Positions 10,272-20,281 of a stretch of DNA of 64,000 nucleotides are shown piece after piece. How positions within the stretch are numbered: position 1 is the first letter of the stretch; every line of letters begins with the position of its first letter. Under the pieces are notes generated by a model. It was not told the DNA's origin, ran no database searches, and saw only the letters and a program-made list of their open reading frames with translations. Both the position numbers and the translations under genes were made by a program. Origin of the DNA: Longimicrobiales bacterium. GTDB lineage: Bacteria; Gemmatimonadota; Gemmatimonadetes; Longimicrobiales; Gaopeijiaceae. The DNA is taken from assembly GCA_963664435.2 (NCBI GenBank), contig CAXXKM010000003.1, positions 1,344,001 through 1,408,000 of the forward strand. The letters run 5' to 3'.

Positions 10272-11843
10272 TCAAGACGGCCTGCCGCGGGGGCGGGCAA
10301 ACAGGAGCAGCAGGAACAGAACCGCCGCGGCCCCCGGCCCCGCCACATCCCCGATGCGCGCGTACCAGGTGGGCGCCACGGCCGCATCGACCCGGGCGGT
10401 CGCAACCCCCGCGCCCGGGCCGCCGAACCGCGCGCGCACCCGGCCGGTGGGATCGACGAAACCCGCGGGCCCGAGATTGGCCGCGCGCACGACCCCGGTG
10501 CGCGTCTCGATGGCGCGCATCACCAGGTGCGCCTCCTGCTGCGCGATGGCGAAGGCGCCCGAGCGCGCAAACCATGCGTCGTTGGTGATGTTGAGCAGCA
10601 CCCCGGCGCCCGCGCGGCGGAGCGCCCGGGCGGCGCCGGCGAACGCGGCCTCGTAGCAGATGAGCGCACCTGCCCGGTAGCCGCCGACTTCGAACAGCGT
10701 CCACGCCCCGCCCGCGCGCAGCGGGCTCTCGCCGGCCTCCACCGGCAGAACGCCCGCAAGCGGCGCCCGCTCCACCCACGGCACCAGGCGGCGCTTGTCG
10801 TAGGGATCGCCCAGCAGCCCCGCAGGACCGGCCAGGGCCGCCGAGTTGTACCGCCCCGCCCCCCGCTCCGCCGCGCGCACCACGCCGAACAGGACGGGCG
10901 CCCCCAGCCGCCGTGACAGGTCCTCCAGCCCTGCGACCACTTCCGGCTGGTCCAACCCGTCCCGGAAGGTGCCCTCCGGGAGCACCACCAGCGACGGCGC
11001 GCGCGCTCCGTCCGCCGCCGCCAGAAGTGCGTCCACGGCGGCGAGCGCCTCCAGGTCGGAAACCACCTCGCCCGGCCCGGCGCGCAAGGTGGTGCGAACG
11101 GTGGCCACCACCGGGCCGGGCCTCAGGTCCAGGTGGCGCGCGCGCCAGACCCCCCACGCGGCGGGGACGGCCGCGACGACCAGGGCGGCTGCCAACCACG
11201 GGCGGGCAGGCCCGACTCCACCCCGCAGCCATCGCGCGTGCCGGCCGGCCGGCACGGCCTCGGCGACCAGGCCGTTCACCAGCGCCAGCCAGAACGTGAC
11301 CCCGCGGGCGCCGGCCAGCTCTGCAACCCCGACCAGCTCCGGGTACCCCGTGAGCGACGTACCCAGCCCCAGCCACGGGTAGGCCAGCGTCCCCGGGGCG
11401 TGGGCGATTCCCCACTCCACCGCCGTCCACACCAGGGGCAGCGCGCACCAGAGCGGAACCCGGCAGTCATGCCGCAAGAGGCTGAGCATCCAGCACGCCA
11501 GCGCCTGCGACAGCCCGAGCAGCATCACGGCCGTGGCGAAGACCAGGGGCGCCGTCGCCGTCAGCCGCGCCAGCGCGGGGACCATCCAGTGCAGCAGCAG
11601 GCCGTAGTGCAGCAACCCGAACACCACGCCGACGCGCGCAGCTCGACGTGGCGTGCGCGCCTCCCGGACCGCGACCGACAGCGGGACCAGCGCCAGGAAG
11701 GAAGGCGCGACCAGGTGCATCGGGGGGAAGGCCCCAAAGAGCAGGAGCGCGGACGCCGACGCCAGCCACCATTCCCGCGCGTTCAGGCCGAAGAGGGCCC
11801 CGATGCCCCTCGGGCCCGCTCTCCCCTGCCGGGAATCAGCCAC
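10272..11843 (-). CDS. lnt: Apolipoprotein N-acyltransferase
   Basis: N-terminal TM block, YPWLGLG, nitrilase triad LPEG / YDKRRLVP / LICYEAAF, NITNDAWF, MRAIE. Confidence 0.95.
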   Translation of the reverse strand: MADSRQGRAGPRGIGALFGLNAREWWLASASALLLFGAFPPMHLVAPSFLALVPLSVAVREARTPRRAARVGVVFGLLHYGLLLHWMVPALARLTATAPLVFATAVMLLGLSQALACWMLSLLRHDCRVPLWCALPLVWTAVEWGIAHAPGTLAYPWLGLGTSLTGYPELVGVAELAGARGVTFWLALVNGLVAEAVPAGRHARWLRGGVGPARPWLAAALVVAAVPAAWGVWRARHLDLRPGPVVATVRTTLRAGPGEVVSDLEALAAVDALLAAADGARAPSLVVLPEGTFRDGLDQPEVVAGLEDLSRRLGAPVLFGVVRAAERGAGRYNSAALAGPAGLLGDPYDKRRLVPWVERAPLAGVLPVEAGESPLRAGGAWTLFEVGGYRAGALICYEAAFAGAARALRRAGAGVLLNITNDAWFARSGAFAIAQQEAHLVMRAIETRTGVVRAANLGPAGFVDPTGRVRARFGGPGAGVATARVDAAVAPTWYARIGDVAGPGAAAVLFLLLLFARPRGRPS

Positions 11844-11876
11844 CGCGCGAACCTCCGCGGCCGCCCGGAACCGGTC

Positions 11877-12575
11877 TCAGCGGGGTTCCATCTCCCCGGG
11901 AGCCGTGCCACCGAACATGATCTGCAGCCCACCCCGGACGTTGAAGTAGCGCAGATCGTCGGTCACCTCGTAGCGGCCGTGCCAGTAGAGACGGGACCAG
12001 CGCCAGAGCGGATACTCGAGCCCCAGGTGCACGTTCACCCCCGGGCGCACCGTGTCCAGAAGGTCCTCGATGAAGGTGTCGTCGATCGCCTCGCCCTGTC
12101 CGTCGAGCACATGCACGGAGGCGCCCAGCCCGAGAAAGGTCAGCCATCCGAAGGGCACGTTCCAGACGACATGGGAGTCGACGCCAACGACCAGATCGGT
12201 CCATGTGATCGTGCCCAGATCGAGGGCGGGCCCGCCCTCGGTTCCGGCGTCCCCCACCTCTCTTGCGATCAACTGCTCCAGACGGGTCTCGAGGCGGGAC
12301 ACCTCCTCGGTCTCGAACTCCGACGACCAATAGGTCACCGAGGGCGAGATGCGGAGCCCCGGCCCGAGATACCCGAGGTCGAGCCGCGCGCCCCAGCTCC
12401 GTGTCTCCCCGCGCACCCCGTGGATCCTGTACCCGGGGAGATACCCGGCTTCGAAACCGATGCCCCGCAAGCTCAGGTTTATGTAGTCGAAGTCGGCGAG
12501 GTCCTGCGCCGCCGCCGGTCCTGCCATGCCGAACCCGGCCACGAGGCCCATCAGGAGCATCGCAGCGCCCCTCAT
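11877..12575 (-). CDS. Hypothetical outer-membrane beta-barrel protein
   Basis: Signal peptide ending AAAQD; alternating strands (WGARLDLGY, VNVHLGLEY, FNVRGGLQIMF). Confidence 0.65.
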   Translation of the reverse strand: MRGAAMLLMGLVAGFGMAGPAAAQDLADFDYINLSLRGIGFEAGYLPGYRIHGVRGETRSWGARLDLGYLGPGLRISPSVTYWSSEFETEEVSRLETRLEQLIAREVGDAGTEGGPALDLGTITWTDLVVGVDSHVVWNVPFGWLTFLGLGASVHVLDGQGEAIDDTFIEDLLDTVRPGVNVHLGLEYPLWRWSRLYWHGRYEVTDDLRYFNVRGGLQIMFGGTAPGEMEPR

Positions 12576-12616
12576 CCGGCCCCTTCCGGGATCACCCCCC
12601 GTTCGGCGCCAGGCTC

Positions 12617-13285
12617 TCATCGGGTGATGACCTGAACCCCCCGTGGCGGCGTGAAGCGGAAAGCCTCGCTCCCCAATCGGGGGTTCGGCTCGAATCCCGT
12701 CAGCTGCACCTCGCGCAGGTTGCCGTTTTCCTCCTCGATTTCGGTACGCCGGATGAACCACGTCCCCTCGTCGATCCACACCCGCGCCTCGCGATAGGCG
12801 GTCGGCTGGCGCGGAACCAGCCGGATGACGTGGGTGGCTGCCCCGTCGAGTTCCTCGCCGCGCAGATACACGGGAGCGTAGCGGGTTCCGGGATCCGAGA
12901 GGAATTCGCGGTGGAAGTCGAAGCCGCCCTGTCGGTCGGCGGTCATGGGCGAGCGAATCACCTGACCGGCGTCGCTGCTCGGGAAGTAGACCCACAGCCA
13001 CTCCCCGTCAGCGACCACCAGGTCGCCCTCGGGGTCGGTGAACCGCATGGAGAAGCGGTCGGGCTGCTGCTGGCACATGCGCCCCCGGGAACGGGTCACC
13101 TGGCTCAGAAGCGGCGAGGTCAGGGTCTGCCGGAAGTCGGCGCAGAACCCCGTCAACGCGGAATACTCGCCGGAAGCGCGCTCGAGGATGGCCAACGGAT
13201 CCGCGGCCTCCTGCATGGCGAAGGCGGCGCCCGGACCGACAGCTGCGCAGAGGACCGCCAGAAGGCCGAAGAACGTGTTTTGCAT
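12617..13285 (-). CDS. lolA: Outer-membrane lipoprotein carrier protein
   Basis: ADFRQ, QPDRFSMRFTDP, VVADGEWLWVY, FRFTPPRGVQVI; follows ftsK. Confidence 0.9.
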   Translation of the reverse strand: MQNTFFGLLAVLCAAVGPGAAFAMQEAADPLAILERASGEYSALTGFCADFRQTLTSPLLSQVTRSRGRMCQQQPDRFSMRFTDPEGDLVVADGEWLWVYFPSSDAGQVIRSPMTADRQGGFDFHREFLSDPGTRYAPVYLRGEELDGAATHVIRLVPRQPTAYREARVWIDEGTWFIRRTEIEEENGNLREVQLTGFEPNPRLGSEAFRFTPPRGVQVITR

Positions 13286-13357
13286 GGGACGCCATACCCT
13301 CGGGCGAGCGCCCCCGTTCCGGCCCGGCGCGCTGTCAGGCGGCCCCTGGACGGGCAG

Positions 13358-15778
13358 CTAGCGCAACGACTCGATCTCGTCCAGCCCCATGTGCACTTCG
13401 CGCGGCTTGGAGCCGTCGGGCGGACCCAGCACGCCCGCCTCGTGCAGCTGGTCCACCACGCGCGCCGCGCGGCCGTAGCCGATGCGCAGCTTCCGCTGCA
13501 GCAGGGACGTCGAGCCCTGATTCTGCCGTACGCACACTTCGGCCGCGGCGAAGAAGAGGTCGTCGCGCTCCACCGGGCCGTCCTCCTCCCCGGCGTCTCC
13601 TTCCCCTTCCCGGGTGCGAACCATGGCCAGGATGTCCTCCTCTCCCGTGAAGTCCGGCATTTCGCCGGCGTCCTCCCAGTGCCGCACCAGCTCCCGGAAC
13701 CAGCCGGTAAGCCGGTTCGTATCCGACCCCGGTACGAAGGCGCCCTGGATGCGCACCGGCTCGCTCTGGCCGGGCGGCAGGAACAGCATGTCGCCGTTGC
13801 CCAGCAGCGCATCCGCGCCGTTCTGGTCGAGGATGGTGCGCGAGTCGGTCTTGGAGGCGACCCGGAAGGCGATGCGGCAGGGGAAGTTGGCCTTGATGAG
13901 CCCGGTGATCACGTTCACGCTGGGCCGCTGGGTCGCAACCATCAGATGGATGCCGATGGCGCGCGCCTTCTGGGCGAGCATCGTCAGCGGGCGTTCGACC
14001 TCGCCCTGGACCGTCATCATCAGATCGGCGAGCTCGTCGATGATCACCACCACGAAGGGGAGGATGCCCTCCTCCCAGGCTTCCTCCTCCGGTTCCTCGC
14101 CGGGCGCGGGCGGGCGCGGCGGATGACGCAGGGGCCGCCCGTCCCGCACCTTCCGATTGAACTCCCCCAGAGAGCGCGCCTGGTTCGCCGAGAGCAGCGC
14201 GTACCGGCGCTCCATCTCCATCACCGCCCATTTCAGGACGCTCGCGGCGTCGGCCGGATCGGTCACCACCGGATGGCGCAGGTGGGGAAGATCGGCGTAC
14301 ACCGACAGCTCGACCATCTTGGGATCGACCATCAGGAGCCGAAGCGACTCGGGCGAGTGGGAGTAGACCAGGCTGGTGATGAACGCGTTCAGGCAAACCG
14401 ACTTTCCCGATCCGGTGGCGCCCGCGATCAGCACATGGGGCATGCGGGCCAGGTCGGAAACATAGGGACGCCCGGTCAGGTCCTTGCCCAGGGCGAGGGG
14501 AAGCGCCGCCTTCGACGACCGGAACGCGGTGGACTCGAGGATGTCCCGCAGATAGACGATTTCCGGCTCGGGATTGGGGATTTCAACGCCGACGGCGCCC
14601 TTTCCGGGGATCGGGGCGACGATGCGGATGCTCCTCGCCTTCATCGCCAGCGCCAGGTCGGCCTCGAGGTTGGCGATGCGGTTGACCTTGACCCCCGCCG
14701 CGGGCACCACCTCGAACTGGGTCACGACCGGCCCGGTGGTGCGGCCGCCGATCCTGCTCTGCACGCCGAACGAGCGCAGCTTTTCCACCAGGATCTCGCC
14801 CAGCCGCGAGAGTTGGAGTTCCATGCGGAAGGGATCCTTCGCCTCCGGGGCATCCAGCAGATCGATCGACGGCAACGCCACGTCGGACGGGTCTGCTGCC
14901 GGTGGCTCGTCCGGGGTCTCCGCGGGCGAGGAAGCTTCCGTTCCGGCCCCGGCCGGCTCGGGTGGCGGTTCCGGGGGCACTTCGCCTGCCGGCTCGGGCG
15001 GCGGGACCCCGTCCTCCAGCTCCCCCACGGCGCCGTCCAGGACTGCCGCGACATCCTCGGGAATGCCCCGTTCGCTGCCCCGCGGGGCGCGCGTCCCCCG
15101 GTCGTCGCCGTCCTTTTTCGCCGCCAGCCGCGGCCGGACAGCCACTCTCCGGCGCAGATCGATCGCGGACCACGCCGACCTGAGGGCTCGTCCCAGCGAC
15201 CTGATGGCGCGTTCCAGCCAGCGGAGCGGGTTCCAGTCCAGAGTCGCCACCATGAGTCCGATCAGGAACCCCGCGAGCAACAGCGTCGTCCCCAGCCAGC
15301 CGATGGCCGAGCTGAGCGTGCCGGCTACGATCGACCCCAGCCATCCCGAACCACCGGCGCTCCCCAGCAGCGATGCGACGCAGGAGGCGATCAGCGCCAG
15401 GCCGGCCGTCAGGATCGCCGCCCGCACGGCGGTGCGGGTCGTCGTCCATGAGCCCGCGCGCAGTCCTCCGAGCGTCAGGAGGACCGGGAGCGCGAACGCT
15501 GCCGCGCCAAGCGCCGCGATCGCCGCTTCCCGGAACCTGGCTCCCAGCAGGCCGATCGCGTTCCCCGAAGGAAACCACGCCTCGGCGCGCGCGCCCAGGA
15601 GCGATACCGGGAAGAGGGCCAGAAGCACGAAGAGCGCCAGGACCACCAGGGCCAGCGCCAGGATGTCGAACCTCTGGCTCGGGGACAGCAAGGCGCCCTC
15701 TCCCTTGTCCGCCCCGCCCCCACGCACCGGCGCCGGCTTGCCGCGGGCACTTCCTCCCGACTTCCTGCGCGCCGCCAC
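13358..15778 (-). CDS. ftsK: DNA translocase FtsK
   Basis: N-terminal TM domain, PHVLIAGATGSGKS, IIDELADLMM, ATQRPS, gamma domain LQRKLRIGYGRAA. Confidence 0.98.
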   Translation of the reverse strand: MAARRKSGGSARGKPAPVRGGGADKGEGALLSPSQRFDILALALVVLALFVLLALFPVSLLGARAEAWFPSGNAIGLLGARFREAAIAALGAAAFALPVLLTLGGLRAGSWTTTRTAVRAAILTAGLALIASCVASLLGSAGGSGWLGSIVAGTLSSAIGWLGTTLLLAGFLIGLMVATLDWNPLRWLERAIRSLGRALRSAWSAIDLRRRVAVRPRLAAKKDGDDRGTRAPRGSERGIPEDVAAVLDGAVGELEDGVPPPEPAGEVPPEPPPEPAGAGTEASSPAETPDEPPAADPSDVALPSIDLLDAPEAKDPFRMELQLSRLGEILVEKLRSFGVQSRIGGRTTGPVVTQFEVVPAAGVKVNRIANLEADLALAMKARSIRIVAPIPGKGAVGVEIPNPEPEIVYLRDILESTAFRSSKAALPLALGKDLTGRPYVSDLARMPHVLIAGATGSGKSVCLNAFITSLVYSHSPESLRLLMVDPKMVELSVYADLPHLRHPVVTDPADAASVLKWAVMEMERRYALLSANQARSLGEFNRKVRDGRPLRHPPRPPAPGEEPEEEAWEEGILPFVVVIIDELADLMMTVQGEVERPLTMLAQKARAIGIHLMVATQRPSVNVITGLIKANFPCRIAFRVASKTDSRTILDQNGADALLGNGDMLFLPPGQSEPVRIQGAFVPGSDTNRLTGWFRELVRHWEDAGEMPDFTGEEDILAMVRTREGEGDAGEEDGPVERDDLFFAAAEVCVRQNQGSTSLLQRKLRIGYGRAARVVDQLHEAGVLGPPDGSKPREVHMGLDEIESLR

Positions 15779-15781
15779 CGC

Positions 15782-17131
<1,350 letters not shown>

Positions 17132-17200
17132 CCGTGATGCTCCCGCAACGCGCGCGTCGGGTCGCGCCCGTGGAACGCCCGTCGAAAGGGCGCGGCCCGC

Positions 17201-17698
17201 TCAGACCGGCGCCACCCTGAAAAGCACTTGCCCGTACTCCACAGGCTCGCCGTCCTGCACGAGAATCTCCTCGATGGTCCCGCTGATCTCGCTCTCGAAC
17301 TCGTTCATGAGCTTCATCGCCTCGATGATGCAGAGCGTGTCCCCCTCCGAGATTCGCTGCCCGGTGTCGACATACGGGGGCGCGCCCGGGGCCCCGGCAC
17401 GGTAGAACGTTCCCACCATCGGCGACTTGATCTCGATCAGCGTCGTAGCCGGCAGCTCGTCCCCGCCCGAGTCGCCCGCAGCCGTCGATTCCACCGAGGC
17501 AGCCGTGGCAGGATCCCCGGAGGCCGGCGATTCGACTACTCCCGCGACGGATCCGGCGGCCGCTTCGGTCCGCACGGGGGCCGGCGGGGGGGTCTTGCTG
17601 ATGCGCACGCGCGTGGCGCCGCGCCGGATCTCCACGGTGTCGATGCCGCTCTCATCCACCGCGCGAATGAGGCGCTCGACGAACTCGGCGTCGATCAT
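17201..17698 (-). CDS. accB: Biotin carboxyl carrier protein
   Basis: [16 protein letters not shown] biotinylation motif. Confidence 0.97.
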   Translation of the reverse strand: MIDAEFVERLIRAVDESGIDTVEIRRGATRVRISKTPPPAPVRTEAAAGSVAGVVESPASGDPATAASVESTAAGDSGGDELPATTLIEIKSPMVGTFYRAGAPGAPPYVDTGQRISEGDTLCIIEAMKLMNEFESEISGTIEEILVQDGEPVEYGQVLFRVAPV

Positions 17699-18261
17699 GA
17701 CGTCACCCGGGTCAGGTACTTGTCCTCTCTGCGATCCACCCTGAGCACGTCACCCACCTCCACGAAGAGGGGAACCTGCACCACCGCCCCGGTCTCCAGG
17801 GTGGCCGGCTTGGTGCCGCCCTGGGCCGTATCACCCCGCACGCCGGGCTCCGTGCCGGTCACCTCGAGCTCGACGAAGGCGGGGAGTTCCACGGCAATGG
17901 CGGCGTCGTCGTGGACCAGCACTTCGCATTCCATGTTCTCCTTCAGGTACTTCAACTGCTCCTCCCCGACCATGCTTCCCGAGACGGGATGCATGTCGTA
18001 GGTGCGCAGGTCCATGAAGTGGAAGAACTCGCCATCGGTGTAGCTGTATTGCATGGGACGGCGCTCCAGGCGAACGCCGGTGACCCGCTCCCCCGCCCGA
18101 AAGGTCTTCTCGACCACGTGGCCGCCCAGCACGTTCTTGAGCCTCGTGCGCACGAACGCGCCGCCCTTACCCGGCTTGACGTGCTGAAAATAGGTGATCG
18201 CCCACAGGACACCATCGATGTCCAGGATCATGCCATTGCGAAAATTGGCTGTGGTGGCCAT
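17695..18261 (-). CDS. efp: Elongation factor P
   Basis: [30 protein letters not shown]. Confidence 0.98.
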   Translation of the reverse strand: MATTANFRNGMILDIDGVLWAITYFQHVKPGKGGAFVRTRLKNVLGGHVVEKTFRAGERVTGVRLERRPMQYSYTDGEFFHFMDLRTYDMHPVSGSMVGEEQLKYLKENMECEVLVHDDAAIAVELPAFVELEVTGTEPGVRGDTAQGGTKPATLETGAVVQVPLFVEVGDVLRVDRREDKYLTRVTS

Positions 18262-18303
18262 GCAGCCTCGTTGTCGTTTTGCGTCAGGGCACCGGAGCCG
18301 GAA

Positions 18304-18741
18304 TCAATCCCGGGACAGGTGCGCCAGAAGTCCTCGAAGGGCCAGAAGATAGCTTTCCGCGCGAAAACCGGCGACCACGCCCGCGGCCACGGGCGCCAGG
18401 TACGACCGATGCCGGAAGGATTCGCGCGCTGCCGGATTCGACAGATGCACCTCCACGAAGGGCCTGTCGATTCCCGCGAGCGCGTCGCGCAGGGCGATGC
18501 TGGTGTGCGTGAACGCGCCCGGGTTGATCAGGACACCGTCGACCCGGGACGCGGCTTCCTCCAGGTAGTCGAGAATCGCCCCTTCCGAGTTGGACTGGAA
18601 GATCTCGATCTCCACTCCCAGCTCCTCCGCCAGCGTGCGAAGGTGCCCGTTGATGTCCTCGAGGGTGTCCGAACCATACACCTCCGGTTCGCGCCGTCCG
18701 AGCATTCGCAGGTTGGCTCCGTGGATGACGGCGATCCTCAC
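18304..18741 (-). CDS. aroQ: Type II 3-dehydroquinate dehydratase
   Basis: HGANLRMLGRREPEVYG, QSNSEG, INPGAFTHTS, VEVHLSN, FRHRSY. Confidence 0.97.
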   Translation of the reverse strand: MRIAVIHGANLRMLGRREPEVYGSDTLEDINGHLRTLAEELGVEIEIFQSNSEGAILDYLEEAASRVDGVLINPGAFTHTSIALRDALAGIDRPFVEVHLSNPAARESFRHRSYLAPVAAGVVAGFRAESYLLALRGLLAHLSRD

Positions 18742-20033
18742 AGCGTCTCCTCGCGTGCCCCGGCGACGTGCGCATCGGGCGCCAGCGCCTCGATCGGAAC
18801 AACGGGCAGGCCGTCACCGGGCTCCGGGTCGACGACCGGGGTCTTCGCCGCCACGCCGCCTCGAGCCGGCTCCGGCTCCCTGGTCGCGTCCATGCTCCCG
18901 GCGCTCGCAGTTCCGGAACGCTCGTCGTCCGGCGGCGCCTCGGTGCGCGGCGACTCGAGCCCGGAAGAAGCTTCGCCCGGCTCGCGTTGCACCGGTGCGG
19001 CGCGGGATGCTTCGTCGCGGGCCTGCCGGCGAATATGCGCCAGGCGGCGCACCAGCGCCTCGTCGTCGGGCTCGGATTCGATGAGACGCTCGTAGACCGC
19101 GATCGCCTGGGCGTGGAGCCCCTGTTGTTCGTAGAGCTGGCCCATGGTGCGGGTGTAGATTCCCGCGTCCCTTACGGCGTCCGAGGCGTTGGCCGGGGTT
19201 GCGACCGGAATCCCGGCTGAACGGGTACTTCTTACCGCCCGCTTCGTCGATACCGGCGCGGCCCGCTCGCCGGTTTCGGCCGCGGCGTCCTGCTCCTTGG
19301 CCTCGCGTGCAGCGCGCTGGTCTACTTCAGCCTCAACGGCGGCGGTCGCCCCTTCGGCCTCGGCCTCCACGGCGGTCACCTGCTCTTCCCCGGCATCCGC
19401 TGCGGCCCGCGGCTCGTCCTCGACCTCACCTGCGGCCAGCGGTTCGTTCCCGGCATCCGCTGCGGTCGCTGGCTCTCTTTCGCCCTCTGCGGTGGCGGGC
19501 GACTCCTCCTCGACCTCCGCTGCGGTCGCTGGCTCCTCCCCGGCATCCGCTGCGGCCGCCTCTTCTTCGGCTTCCAGAGCGACCGGATCCACCGAGGCAA
19601 GTCCGCTGTCGGTTCCGGCGGCCCATACGCCTGCGTCACCGGCCATCCATGACTCGTCCGGGAGCTCGGCATCGCCCTCACTCTCCGAACCGGACACTAC
19701 GGGGCTCCCGGCGTCCTCGGCGAGGGGACCGACCATGGCCAGAACCTGCCGCGCCTCCACGTTATCCGGATCGAGCTCCAGCACGCGTCGGGTTGCCGCC
19801 AGAGCTCCCGCATGGTCCGAAACATCCCGGGCGATTCGCATCGCCACTACGTGCGCGCTCGAGAAGCCCGGATGACGCCGAAGACCCTCTTCGAGCAGGA
19901 GCCTGGCCCGCAGCAGATCTCCCGCGCGCCTGTAGGCATCCGCCAGGGGCACGAAGGAACGGCCCTGTCGATCCTCCGGAGAGTGGAAGGAGGAATAGAG
20001 CCTGCGAATCTCCCGATCCAGCGACTGTTCCAC
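18738..20033 (-). CDS. TPR protein with acidic repeat linker
   Basis: N-terminal TPRs (FVPLADAYRRAGD...LELDPDN), E/A-rich linker, C-terminal TRTMGQLYEQQG TPR. Start set to GTG 20033 because the ORF-track TTG at 20159 coincides with a TTGACA -35 box; start uncertain. Confidence 0.75.
   Translation of the reverse strand: MEQSLDREIRRLYSSFHSPEDRQGRSFVPLADAYRRAGDLLRARLLLEEGLRRHPGFSSAHVVAMRIARDVSDHAGALAATRRVLELDPDNVEARQVLAMVGPLAEDAGSPVVSGSESEGDAELPDESWMAGDAGVWAAGTDSGLASVDPVALEAEEEAAAADAGEEPATAAEVEEESPATAEGEREPATAADAGNEPLAAGEVEDEPRAAADAGEEQVTAVEAEAEGATAAVEAEVDQRAAREAKEQDAAAETGERAAPVSTKRAVRSTRSAGIPVATPANASDAVRDAGIYTRTMGQLYEQQGLHAQAIAVYERLIESEPDDEALVRRLAHIRRQARDEASRAAPVQREPGEASSGLESPRTEAPPDDERSGTASAGSMDATREPEPARGGVAAKTPVVDPEPGDGLPVVPIEALAPDAHVAGAREETL
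19321..19560. repeat. About eight degenerate 30-bp in-frame tandem repeats
   Basis: Units such as ggctcctccccggcatccgctgcggccgcc recur with period 30 and encode AADAGEEPAT-like decapeptides. Confidence 0.85.
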
Positions 20034-20129
20034 AGGCAGGCTCTCGGAAAGAGGGAAGGCTCCAGTCACCGCGCGCGGCTCGGGGACCGCCCGCCGAATT
20101 CGCGAGGGGCGCTCGCGCGTCAACCGGGA

Positions 20130-20159
20130 AAAGTATGGAGCCGTTGCGAAGGGTGTCAA
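20130..20159 (-). promoter_or_regulatory. Sigma-70-type promoter for the TPR-aroQ-efp-acc operon
   Basis: Minus strand TTGACA-N18-TACTTT (or N16-CATACT). Confidence 0.6.
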
Positions 20160-20181
20160 CGGATTCCTGCCGGGGCCTCGC

Positions 20182-20210
20182 TTGAGAGCCGTCCGGTATT
20201 CCCGTAAATT
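20182..20210 (+). promoter_or_regulatory. Sigma-70-type promoter for the PpiD-like gene
   Basis: TTGAGA-N17-TAAATT, 71 bp before the ATG. Confidence 0.62.
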
Positions 20211-20281
20211 GCCTCTTCTGCGGATATCACCGCGATCACACCATTCTTGCCGGACCCGGACACGCCAGGAGACGCTTCGTC

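Noticed and set aside
17201..18741. aroQ-efp-accB adjacency and the EF-P PGKG loop
   Set aside because: A widely known gene order and a common EF-P motif.
19321..19560. Possible CRISPR array
   Set aside because: The repeats are contiguous, in frame and coding, with no unique spacers and no cas genes in the window.
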